Assembly: GCA_043228905.1 (NCBI GenBank)
Contig: JBHGNT010000015.1
Span: forward strand, 682,001-746,000
Direction of reading: 5' to 3'
Source: Azolla caroliniana
Lineage: Eukaryota; Plantae; Polypodiophyta
Length of the DNA stretch: 64,000 nucleotides
Part shown: one piece after another, positions 11,201-22,989 of the stretch
Layout of the letters: each line of letters opens with the position of its first letter
How positions within the stretch are numbered: the stretch's first letter is position 1
Program-made: the position numbers and the translations under genes
The notes under the pieces: generated by a model
What the model saw: only the letters and a program-made list of their open reading frames with translations
Told to the model about the DNA's origin: nothing
The model's database searches: none

Positions 11201-13232
11201 TATAGCAAGGAAATTGCTTATATTGCTGCAGTGCCTTCTTCCCGCCTTTACCAAGCCTCGTAGACATGCATTGCAAAAGCCCTTTCTTTCATCCCTTGCT
11301 GCCTCACATTGCTCCTTTGCTGCTTTTCACCATGGCGTTCCTGGCTTTCTTGATAGTGGCTGAGCCCTGTTGGTCTCTTTCCAGATCGTGGATTTTCTCA
11401 CTCATGTCAGACAAATGCTGAACTTATGCACGTGCGTAAGATTATTTGGAAAACAGTGTATCAACTGTAGCAGCGTTGTTTCTGGGTGCAGTCTCAGAGC
11501 TTTCTTTCCCAGTCCGATGCATGGGATGGTTTTCCTTTATATGGGAAAAACATCACCAACGTTTTTCTCTGTACCATGATACTCCCCTCTTTTTAACAAT
11601 TACGAGAACAGCCCTAGATATAGAAAATAACCAAAATGCCCCTCAAATTTTGTTAGATTTTATTTCTAATTCGGAATTGTAAATAACTGGTTGTGAGCCA
11701 AGTGCTTTGCTTGTTGTTGATAGTGGACTTTTAAACAAAGGATGTAGCTGGTATTTTAAATAAAGACGAGACTAAGAAATTTGTGGTACTTTAGATGAAT
11801 ATTACTGAATATATACAGAGTGTGTACTGTTGATAGCTGGCCTTGGAAAATTCAGATACCAATGTATGCCATTGATAGCTCGTCTCTCTGCGTATACTGC
11901 AGTTCATGATTATAATGTTTTTATGCACATGTTAAAAGTTATCTTTCACTTGAATGTTGGACAGGTTTCATGGTTTATCTGAGTTTGATGAAGGTAAGCG
12001 AAGTTGTAGAAGGCGTCTTGCTGGTCACAACGAACGTCGCCGGAAGCCCCAACCTGATCCTCTGGGGTTTAATCCAAGGTTTTTGCCTTCATTTCAAGGT
12101 ATGTGCTGAGCCTTTGTCTGTATTCTTATCTAAATACAGGTTTCTGCTGCGTACAGCTTATATGAAAGAATATACATTCTATTTGAACCAGAGGTAATTA
12201 TGCAATATTAATATTGGCCTTGGTTCAACAGATAGCAGAAAGTTGGGCCACTTATACACAGACAGGCCATCGTTTGTATCTCATCCAAGAATTTCAGGTG
12301 TGTCAGCTCTTTATGATGAATGTAACCTAACACAAAAAGGAGCCTGGCCACAAAGGATTTTGGACCAATCGTCATTTGAGAACACAATGTCAGTTGGCAC
12401 AGTAGCTGAACGTCAGTTATTTCTAACTGCTCTTCAGTATTCGAATGATAGGTCATCACTTTTCCCCCCTCAAAGTCCAAAAGGCATGATTTCTGTAGGC
12501 AATGATGTGTCTGGCCCAAAGACACATCAATACTTCCAGGGATCTGTCGACCCCCTGGGTCAAAGCTTGTCTTTGACATCATCATCATCATCAGGGGTAG
12601 GAGTGCTCTCAGGACTTGAGGCTATACCCATAGGTCAGGGTTTTACAAGAGTCTCAGACTCTGGGCGTGCTCTCTCTCTTCAGTCAAACATGCAACTTTC
12701 GTCATCAACACCGGCATCGGTTGCAGTATCAATGGATATGACGACAAATTCAAGTATGATGTCGAATCAGAACTTGTACAGTAATCATATCCCACTTGCT
12801 CAACCTTTAGGACAAGGTGGGCAGCAGCAGCAACAACATCACTATGAATGGATGAGTGATAAACTGCTCTCGGCCGGTTCAAGCTTCAACACACACTCTT
12901 CAGCAGCATCAGCTGGCTACAATGCACATTCAAACACAATAGAAAAGAACAATCTTGACAGATCCTTCACACCTAGCATGAATGGAAGCTATGAATGTCT
13001 TCCTTTGTACTCCATGATGCAAGGAGAAGTACGACTCGGGTCCATGACACAGGATGTGAAACCAACTATGCCAACTATAGATCTCATGCAAATGGCGTCC
13101 GCCTCCACCAACCAGACCACTCAGACTTTAGTTTCCTCAGGAGGTGCATATGAAATTGGTATCAGTGGATTTGGGGACCTGCAAGCTCTAGGCTCCTACG
13201 ATTCATCGATGTTCGGCTCACAACAGATGTAG
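8275..13232 (+). CDS. SPL: SBP-box (SQUAMOSA promoter-binding-like) transcription factor; exons 8275-9110, 11965-12098, 12232-13232
   Basis: Complete SBP domain [47 protein letters not shown]|[28 protein letters not shown], split by the conserved intron (gt 9111, ag 11963-11964). All junctions are GT-AG and keep frame. The upstream [12 protein letters not shown] motif and the DSGRALSL(Q)S motif are typical of miR156/529-targeted SPLs. The start codon is not certain. Confidence 0.95.
8398..8694 (+). repeat. In-frame ~42-bp (14-aa) tandem repeat, ~7 units, in SPL exon 1
   Basis: Units [14 protein letters not shown] / [14 protein letters not shown] / [14 protein letters not shown] / [14 protein letters not shown] / [15 protein letters not shown] / [14 protein letters not shown] / [14 protein letters not shown]. 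Confidence 0.85.
9200..11680 (-). mobile_element. Probable decayed L1 LINE 3' fragment inside SPL intron 1
   Basis: The minus strand shows LYLGL (~11610-11625) followed by a KKEGGL-like motif (~11180-11205), in L1 ORF2 order. A ~120-bp tandem duplication lies at ~9990-10265. Very degenerate. Confidence 0.4.
12667..12686 (+). promoter_or_regulatory. miR156/miR529 target site (variant) in SPL exon 3
   Basis: GTGCTCTCTCTCTTCAGTCA versus the canonical GTGCTCTCTCTCTTCTGTCA; one T>A difference at 12682. Confidence 0.85.
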
Positions 13233-14029
13233 CTAGCCAAGGCAGAAGTGTTGAGTTCGTGGAATTACTGCTTTACAACAAAAAGTAACAAAAGTAAACA
13301 ACATTTTGGTTTTATGTAGTTTGAATTGATTTTTGTGTTAAGTTCTTCTTTGCCAATATATTTACGCTTTAGACTCAAGGATTGTTTAATTTTTACTTTC
13401 TAACCTCCACAATGGTTCTCTTACCTTTCTGGTTTGATGCTTTTAGAGCCTTTCCTTGAGTGACTCTTATTGAGAAGCCTTATTACATTGTTGCAGATTG
13501 ATGGGCCCTGCAATTCCTCCTTTTTTATTCTACATTTGACGATCAAGTCTCTACATGATACATCAAATTCTATTGTTGAAGTACTTGAATAACCTTAATT
13601 TTGTTTTTCCAATTAATGGCTATGAACATGTAGCATAAGAAGCAAGAGCAATCAATGATAACACATGCCTTTCTTCGATAAGCAAAGATGGTAGCTTTTT
13701 TTGAAGTATGTTTTTCAATACATCACCGAGATTTCATACTGGAAATAGCAAATGGGTTTTAGGATTTAATATACTTTCTTTCAGTTTTTCGAGCTGACGT
13801 TGAAGGGGTAATGAAATCTTGTAAAATTCTGGATGTCTCTGAAGTTGAGAGGTTTGACACATTTGTCCACACCAAGTTCATGAAGAGGATACCCTAGATC
13901 ATATTTGGTTTCTTATCGCTAGTATCTATCCATGGTGAATTTATGCTTTGTTTCATGTTGCCTGTTCTATATAATTAAATTAACAGCAGTCAAATGTTTT
14001 ATAAACGTGGAAATGAATTGTTAATAAAA

Positions 14030-14290
14030 ATTGCAATACATGATTAAGATATGATGGCATCAGCTGAAGGTTAAGAAAAAAATTGTGATCCATCTAGAAG
14101 AAGCATAAGATGCTAAAATGTGGAAAGATCAGTGATCAAATATAGAGAAGTGGACCGTAGGTAACTGCAATACATGATTAATGATAGATGTGATGGCATC
14201 AACTGAAGATTATGAAAAAAAAGTGCGATCTGTCTAGAAGAAGCTTGAGATGCTAAAATTTGAAAAGATCAACAATCAACTGTAGAGAAA
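14030..14290. repeat. Two-copy diverged ~135-bp tandem duplication
   Basis: 'tgcaatacatgatta...gatggcatca.ctgaag...tctagaagaagc...gatgctaaaat..g.aaagatca' occurs at ~14031 and ~14166. Confidence 0.75.
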
Positions 14291-14380
14291 TAAGCTTGTA
14301 GACAACTAATGATGTGTTTGGAAGAATCAAGATGTGCCAACAAAAAATCATCCCTTTTCTAGATGCATATATGCGGGCAT

Positions 14381-15990
14381 CAAGAAGTGCTTTAGCCAAA
14401 TTCCTTCTTTTAGTGCCAAAGACAGTGCTACATATTCTGCTTTAGTTGATGAGAGTGTGACTCTTTGTTGCCTTTTGCTTTGCCATGAAATGGCACCATT
14501 CGATATGAGGTACATGTATCCTAATGTCGATTGTAATGTGTCTTCGTCACCCCCTCAATCGGCATCGGAGTAGCAAGTTAAGTATGGTGTGGGTAGTGGT
14601 TGACATGCCGAATAGGTGATGCCGAAGTCCTCAGTTTCTTGAAAGTACCTTAATAGGCGTTTCAAGTGTTGGGTGTGGATTGGACTTGGTGCCTACATGT
14701 AGCGAGATAAGAAATTAGTTGCAAAGCATATGTCAGGTCTTGTGCATGTGACGAGATATCTAATATCACCAAGGATGGCATATGGAAATGCCACCATATC
14801 TGATGTTTGAGTCCTTGTTGAGGATGAGGTTGGTTTTTCTGTTTTACGTGAGGTGGTAGGGGAGTTGACCCACCTTTACATGTGGGTATGTACTTTTTAC
14901 GGAGTGACTCAACGTAAGATTTTTGGTTTATTTGGATAAGACCTTGGAAGGAATCTTGTATAACTTGGATACCTAGACAGTAGTGAAGTGCTCCCATATC
15001 TTGCATTAAGAATGCATGGAGTTCACTCTTGGTTTTGGATAGTATGTTTTCAGAGTTTGATAGAATTAGGATGTCGCCGACGTAAATGGCTAGGAGTATT
15101 ACATCGGGGCTATTTCGGCTATATACATTGGGTGGGATTGAAAGTGAATATATCTGAGGTTTGACATACACGCGTTAAATCGTTTGTACCATTGAAGTGG
15201 GGATTGTTTTAGACCATATAGAGATTTGATTAATTTACAGACATAGTTGGCGTAATCTTTATATATGTAACCGAGCGGTTGCTCCATATAGATCTCTTGA
15301 TGTAAGTTTCCATGTAGAAAGGCCGTTTGAACATCCATTTGATGGACGAGGAGGTGAAGTTGCGCGAAAGTGGCAAGTAATGCTCGGAATGAGGTCATCT
15401 GGAGGACGGGAGAGAAGGTGTCGTTGTAGTCTATGCCAGTACTTGTGAAAATCCTTGCACGACAGGTCGAGCTTTGTAACGCGAGGTCGTGCCATCGACA
15501 TTAAACTTCTTCCGGAGTAGCCACTTGCAAGATACCAATTTTCAGTCCGTTGGTTGTTATACTAGTTGCCATGTTCCATTCCCATAAGAGATTGGTGCTT
15601 CGAGTCCATGGCTTCACGCCATGAAATGGCTTCGGTTCCTGAGAGTGCTTCCAGTATATTAAAATCATCAAATATTTTTTAGGTTTAGCAATTGAAGGTC
15701 ATGATCAGAGGATAGATCTTGGATCATTTGTTGGTAGAATATATCTTAGGGATCAATTGTAGTGGAGTCTAGTGATGGATGGTTAGGGTTTTATAGTATA
15801 CTAGAGGCGAGGTTTGTTTTTTCATAGAGCTCTTTCAAAGATCAAACCTAAGGATGAGATTGGGAGGACGAGATTTAAGGATTGGTCCTAGTAGAGAAGG
15901 TAGATGGATAGATTCTACTCGTATAATGGCAGGTAGTGCTCTACTAGAGGTTTGTTGTTTGGTTGTAACGGTACTTTTAGATGAGTTACA
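14381..15990 (-). mobile_element. Ty1/Copia RT-RNaseH fragment, inverted copy
   Basis: ORFs 15099-15398 (HQMDVQTAFLHGNL..EIYMEQP, KSLYGLKQSP) and 14662-15171 (LAIYVGDIL). Reverse complement of 15994-17147. Confidence 0.92.
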
Positions 15991-15993
15991 ATG

Positions 15994-17538
15994 TCTTGCA
16001 AGTGGCTACTTCGGAAGAAGTTTCATGTAGATGGCACGACCTCACGTTACAAAGCTCAACTTGTGGCGCGAGGATTTTCACAAGTACCTGGCATGGACTA
16101 CAACAACACCTTCTCTCCCGTCCTCCGGATGATCATTTCGAGCTTTACTTGCCATTGCCACACAACTTCGCCTCCTCGTCCATCAAATGGATGTTCGAAC
16201 TGCCTTTCTACATGGAAACTTACATCAAGAGATCTATATGGAGCAACCGCCTGGTTACATATCTAAAGATTACCCCAACTATGTTTGTAAATAATCAAAT
16301 CCCTATATGGTCTAAAACAATCCCTACTTCAATGGTATGAACGGTTTAACACGTGTATGTCAAACCTCAGATATATTCGCTTTCAATCCCACCCAATGTA
16401 TACAGTCGAAATGGCCTCGATGTAATACTCCTAGCCATTTATGTCGATGACGTCCTAATTCTATCAAACTCTAAAAACATACTATCCAAAACCAAGAGTG
16501 AACTCCATGCATCATTCTCGATGCAAGATATGGGACCACTCCACTATTGTCTACGTGTCCAAGTTATACAAGATCCCTCCCAAGGTCTTATCCAAATAAA
16601 CCAAAAATCCTACGTTTAATCACTCCTTAAAAAGTACATATCCACATGTAAAGTTGTGTCAATTTCCCTACCAATCTCACTTAAAACAAAAAAACCAACC
16701 TCATCTTCAACAATGACACAAACATTGTATATGGTTGCATTTCCATATGCCAACATCCTTGGTGGTATTAGATACCTTGTCACATGCACAAGACCTGATA
16801 TATGCTTTGCAGCTAATTTCTTATCTCGTTACATGTAGGCACCAAGTCCAATCCACACCCAACACTTGAAACGCCTATTAAGGTACTTTCAAGAAACGGA
16901 GGACTTTGGCATCACCTATTCGACATGATAACCACTACCCACACCATAATTAACTTGCTACTCCGATGACGATTGGGGGGGTGATAAAGACACATAACAA
17001 GCGACATTAGGATATGTGTACCTCATATAGAATGGTGCCATTTCATGGCAAAGCAAAAGGCAACAAAGAGTCACACTCTCATCAACGGAAGTAAAATATG
17101 TAGCAATGATGGCACTAAAAGAAGGAATTTGGCTAAAGCACTTCTTGTAGGAAACAACACTCTTCCCGGATCATCCTCTTCTCCTTCGATGTGATAACAT
17201 GTCAACCATTATGCTCGCAAAGAACTTCAAACATTCTGAGCTAACAAAGCACATTGCCATGAAGCTACAATTTACTAGGGAACTACTACACGAAGGCAAT
17301 ATTAAGATAAATCACGTTTTACTTTTTCTTACCCTACCCCTCCCCATCCTCTTCCTAAATCTATAGCCTTCCCCCTTTTTCTTTTCCTCTTTCCCCACAC
17401 TTGTCTCTCTCCCTTACCTCTCTCCTATTTCCTTTCTCTCTCTTACTTTGTCTAATTTAGATATATGCATCTCTCTCCTCTCTCTACCCTCTTTCTCTCT
17501 CTTACTTTTCTCTCGGTTTCCACCCTTGATCCCCTTAG

Positions 17539-17586
<48 letters not shown>

Positions 17587-18094
17587 CATGTTAGTAACAT
17601 TTGTTTTACTCTTTTTAATTAATACTTAATGGCTAGCCCTCTCTCCCTTTCTCATTATATTTTTAGATGTTTTAGTTATATTTAAGTTTTAATCCCTATA
17701 ATAATTTAAGTTATCAAGGTTTAAGCGCTCTCTCTCTCTCTCTCATGCTCTCTAAGCCGTGCACCGATGATACACCATTCGCACTCCTTGTCGACGATTG
17801 TATGATCAACAAAACTCTTCCCGAATCATCCTCTTCTCCTTCGATGTGATAACATGTCAGTCATTATGCTCGCAAAGAACTTCAAACATTCTGAGCTAAC
17901 AAAGCACATTGCCATGAAGCTACAATTTACTAGGGAACTACTACACAAAGGCAATATTAAGATAACTCATGTGTGCACCGAGCAACAATGTGCAGACTTA
18001 TTAACAAAGTCTACTCAAAAGTCCTAACACTATGAACGTTGTAATCAACTAGGATTAAATGCTACCTAGTTAATATTATCTAACTTAGGGGGGG
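15994..18094 (+). mobile_element. Ty1/Copia RT-RNaseH 3' fragment ending in a polypurine tract
   Basis: RYKAQLVARGFSQVPGMDY, LAIYVDDVL, TCTRPDICFA, RNaseH 'CDNMS.IMLAKN...KHI'. PPT taggggggg at ~18086-18094. 17160-17315 is duplicated at ~17815-17965 around a CT-rich insert. Confidence 0.92.
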
Positions 18095-18275
18095 TGTTAG
18101 AATATAAGTTAAATAATAACACTAACAATAAATATTATAACCACCTTTCTCGGTGAATTTCACTAGGCCTCTAGGCCTTCAATTATAAATAGGCCTCTAG
18201 GCCTAATGTTGTATACGGCTTTTATGATTCAATAACTACTATCTTCTCTCGGACTCCCTTCTTGTTTGGGTATCA
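18095..18275 (+). mobile_element. Putative short 3' LTR of the Copia element
   Basis: TGTTAG immediately after the PPT, TATAAATA at ~18184, possible ...TATCA end. The right boundary is uncertain. Confidence 0.5.
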
Positions 18276-18329
18276 AAATTACGAGTTTCTCCTCAGGAAA
18301 ATCTTAAACGGTTGTTTCCTCAATACATA

Positions 18330-19180
18330 ATTGTATTTGAAAACCATCCATTGTGACTGCCAGTATTACAAAGTTTAATGATAGAATTTACAAAAAGTCT
18401 ATCCGCATATATTCCATCTTGTTGAAATTCTAGATTCCAGACTCAATATTGAAGTAGGGAAACAAATTTTGTATCATTGAACAAGTCTACTCATGTTGTA
18501 TACACCATCTGATGATAATATGCCACATTAAAGAGCTTGTAGCCACTTGAACTTTCAATATAGGATACTATAGCAAATGGCATCTTAGACCCCATCCCTC
18601 GGTATAAATTTGTACACTATACTCATAATAAAATTGTACACATTTTCATAATGATTAAATATGATATCGAATCAAGAATGTTTGAGCTTGTATTCCACCT
18701 TTTAAAATGTATCATCTGCCATTTGATATACATGTTGTCCCAAGGGGCAATCAGATATTCAATATATCTTACTATTAAGTTGAGAAGGATATATCATATT
18801 GCAGTGAAGAAAGCCTCCAACCAAACTCCCTTTCAAACGTGACTAGTAGTGGTGTAGTATCACCCAAACATGTTAACTATATTTTACGAATTTGTTATAC
18901 AGGCAATTTGTGCATAATAGAATGCATGCCCTAGAAGAAAATCTGATTGGATACGGCAAAGCTTTAAACATTAAAACCATCAAATTATCATAAAATCATA
19001 TAAATGATTTGTGCTGGTCCATATAATTCGATGATAATATATCATGATTGATTGGTACCAGGAGACAGTATATGCCATTTATCTGTTTCATCAAGTTATT
19101 TGAGTAATCAATACATATTTTCTATATGGCCATTTTAGGTGATTACTGAAGCCTTCATGCATGACACTAAGTTTTGGTAT
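18330..19180 (-). pseudogene. Possible heavily decayed PPR-protein fragment
   Basis: Minus-strand pieces TVSW, NMYIKW, LMWHIIIRWCIQHE, NDTKFVSLLQ and QQDGIYADRLFVNSIIKLC resemble PLS-type PPR motifs. Many stops and frameshifts. Confidence 0.3.
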
Positions 19181-19387
19181 TATTACCAGTAACCAAAAGC
19201 TCAACTACTTCCCAACTATAAAAACAAAATCGTCTGTGTATGTCGCATGTTAGTATTATAGAAACTTTAACAGATTTGGAAACAGAAGAAAAAGAAGTTC
19301 TTTTCTTCTCAAGTTATTTGGTACGATAAAGCTTGAGCACCATTGTTGTGTATGCGTAAAAATATTCGTTAATTTCTTTTAAGCATG

Positions 19388-19390
<3 letters not shown>

Positions 19391-19450
<60 letters not shown>
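19391..19450. repeat. Compound (TC)n(AC)n microsatellite
   Basis: Direct reading. Confidence 0.9.
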
Positions 19451-19452
<2 letters not shown>

Positions 19453-20220
19453 ATGCAGGAAAATGAATGAATAGAGAAACCTGATGATAAATCTTCCATG
19501 GTTCCGCGAAGGAAAGGCCAAGACCATCACCATCACCTGTCCCTACCTATTCTTTTGCGTGAAGCTCTCCAGCAAGAACTTGAAAGAAGAAAGAAAAGAT
19601 CCGAGTCCTTTCGAAAAACAGAAAAAACAAACAAGAGAAGCAATTGTTGGATAAGGAACGGAAAACCTCCAAAGAAGTATACACACTCTCGTCATGGCTG
19701 CTTAAGACTTGAAATTAGTGTCGTTTATGGACTCCGCTCCACGCTCGGCAGATCAAGCGGACCTAGGTCACGCGTCATTGTAGAATGTTCAAGCTTTTTC
19801 CACTCCAAACACTGGTAAAGACCTTTTCTGCCTGACGATCTGCTTGGATATGTTGGAGATCACCGCCTGTATCGATCGATCCTTGATGTAGTGATTGTGC
19901 ACCTTGAAGATCATTTTGCCTGAATGAAAACACCCGGTCTTCATACAAATTGAATATGGTGAGAGGCTGTTGTAAGATGTTCAAACTGGTTCGATGATGC
20001 GGATGCAGAAGCTCTTTAAGGATCTGCTTAACCTATAGATGGCTTCACAAGCAAGCTATAACCGCCATAACCATATATATGTACTTTGCCTCTGGGCTGA
20101 GTAAAGTGTGCTTCTTTGCGAGTTACATGAGATGGCGCCATTTCCAAGTGAGCTTCTGAAGGCCAATGTCAAACTATCAATTTCTTCAGACTAAGATCGA
20201 TCTTCTTGTTGAGCTACTGC

Positions 20221-20540
20221 TGTTAAAATATTAATAACACAAAGTGTGAAATGCCTCAAAACTCTTCTCCACTTTCCATTATTACGTCACTAACTCCTTT
20301 ATAGAGTTTCTTAGTACATTCCAAGCTACCTTATGTTATCTTGGCACACTTATATAGTTACTCCTCTAGTTACCTCTAACTAACCCTTAACTAAACTAAG
20401 GTATAACTCCCATAACCATGGTTATAGTTACTTGGGTTAGGTCCCTTAACTAAACTAAGGTATAACTACCTTAACCATGGTTATAGTTACTTGGGTTAGG
20501 TCAGGGGTTTGACCCTCTGGTTTTACCCCGCGATCCCACA
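20221..20540 (-). mobile_element. 3' LTR (320 bp) of the Gypsy element
   Basis: Minus strand reads TGTGGGATC...TTTAACA, directly after PPT aaaaaggggagt (20541-20552). Internal 60-bp duplication 'taactaaactaagg..ataact...accatggttatagttacttgggttaggtc'. Confidence 0.8.
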
Positions 20541-22989
20541 ACTCCCCTTTTTGAAAAACTTGTGCGTGCCGGTTGTGCCTGATGGCACCTTTGATCCATC
20601 ATTGTGGGGGTTACATATGATGATCTGCCATTACAGATGGCGTCTAGGTTGGTCGTGTTTGATGGCGTTTCTAGTTCATCCTGCTTGCGAACTGGGATTG
20701 AAGGGCTTGTTGATCCATCATTGCAAGGGACATCATGGTGAGTTGATTCTTCTTGTGTCATTGATGGTGATGTTTTATGATGTGTCGTAGTATCTGTGGA
20801 GTGCTCGATGTACAACTTCATCTGCATCATGTGCGCATAGGTCATCCGTCCATTAGCATCTCGATGGAGGGAATAGGTGTTGGTCATTGATAAGAGATGA
20901 CAGTAAAAGGGTTGACCCATCTATGCATCATTGATTCCCTAATTCCCTGTTGCTCGATCGAAAAATAGACTAGAACCTTTGCTCCAACTACGTACTCTAC
21001 TGCACGTCTGCCTTTATCGTAGCACCGCTTTTGTCGTGATTGAGCTAGTTGTAGGTTCTTGTGTATGCTCATCCATAAGAGAGGTTGGACCTGTTGCAAG
21101 TGTAGCCACCAATCCATTGTATCGGCTCTAAGTATTTTTGTTGGGTAGGTCCACCTTGATGTTGGGAGGTAAGCGGGGGTCGCGTCCATATAGTGCTCAG
21201 AAAGGGTTGTTTCGAGTTGAGGCTTGCACCGAGGTGTTATACACATGCGTGATGAAGGGTAGGATTGAGTCCCACGTCGTGTGTAATGGGTCAATGAATG
21301 CGGTAAGTTGTTTAATTGTCTTGTTCATCTGTTCGTTGGGGGGTGATATGGTGAGGAAAAGATCTATTGAATGCCTAATTGTGTGGCTAATGGTTGTAAT
21401 ACCTCTCCGCTAAATTGTGGACATTTATCTTATAGGATGTGACCTGGGCACGGTCCATCGTGTCAAGTATTCGGAGATGTCTAAAATATATTTGTTTCCT
21501 GCTTGGGATTCGAGAAAAAGGTTGATGATATCCCATCTGATTAACTCAAAGGGTTCAAATACGGTAATAGGTTGGAGCAGGCCGTCATTGGAATGTGGTG
21601 GTTTAATCTGTTGACATGATTGGCATTGTTTGATGTAATCCATGATTGTTTTATGCATTTGCGGCCAATAATACCAGAGACGGATTTTTTCCAGAACCTT
21701 GTGGAATCCAAGGTGGCCAGACATCGGGTGATCATGAAAAAATTGCATATATAAATTCTGCAGGCCGTGTGGTAATATGTAGATTCGTGGCTCTTTCCTT
21801 GTTTGTATAATGTATAAGACATTGTTTTGTAGTTGAAAATGGGTGTGTACCTTTTTGCACTTTGTCGAAAGGACGTCATGGATGATTTGTCATATCTACT
21901 CATTGGCTTGTTGTATGGTTGCTATCTGTGCCGTCGTTGTGGGTAATTGGACTACTGTAGGATTGAATTGAACACATTGTGTTTCCACTCTTGACAAACA
22001 AGCAACAATAAGATTTTGAGCTCATTTTTTATAAGTTAATGTGAACCTATATTCTTATAAAGCCATTGCCCATCTTAATAGATGACCTAGTGGGTGGGGC
22101 TTGTTAATTAGATGAATTAGGGGTTGGTGGTTTGTTTCTACCTTGATGTGGGTACCATGCAGATAGGGATGGAACTCAGTGAAAGCCCATACTATTGCTA
22201 ACCATTCCTTTTCTGTTGTGGAGTAATTCTTTTCTATAGGTGTAAGGGATCGACTTATATCGGGAATCGATCGATCTGCCCATGTTGTATCTGCTTGTAG
22301 TAGTACAACTCCCTACCCATGATTAAATGTGTATGTTTGCAAAAGGAAGGGGCGTGAGAAATCTAGGTAAGCCAACTCACATGCTTGGTGTACTGTGTCT
22401 TTCAATTGGTGCTTGTAGTAGTACAACTCCCAACCCATGATTAAATGTGTTTGTTTGCAAAAGGAAGGGGCATGAGAAATCGAGGTAAGCCAACTGACCT
22501 GCTTTGTGTAGTGTGTCTTTCAATTGGATGAAGTTGTCCACTCAAACATTGAGCCTTTTCGTAATAGGTGTCGTAGGGGTGCTGTCATAGCGGTCATGTT
22601 GGTGATGAATCGTTGCAAGGACTTGATTGTGACTGGTTGGGGGAAATTGGTCACGGATTTGGTTTTCTTTGGGTCCATCTGTAGGGCTTTTCCAAAAATG
22701 ATGTAGCCTAAAAACTGAGTTGTGTGCTACCCCATCTGCATTTCTTCCACAATAATTTTAGATTGTGTTGTTGTATTCGTTGTAGAATGGCTTGTAATGC
22801 CTGAATGTGTTGTGGCCATGTGGGAGTAAGAATTAAAATGTCATCCAGGTATATGAGCACTCTACCATCAAAGATAAGGTCTGTGAATATTGAATTTGCC
22901 ATCCGCTAGAATGTGTTGCCTACATCGGATAAGCCAAATGACATCCTATTAAATCGGAATAGGCCTCTTCGTGTTTTGAAAGCTATCTT
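20541..22989 (-). mobile_element. Ty3/Gypsy pol remnant (RT, RNaseH, integrase)
   Basis: KIAFKTRRGLFRFNRMSFGL and VLIYLDDILI (RT); NYSTTEKEW (RNaseH); HDHPMSGHLG...CQSCQ (integrase Zn finger). Domain order RT-RH-INT. Confidence 0.92.
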
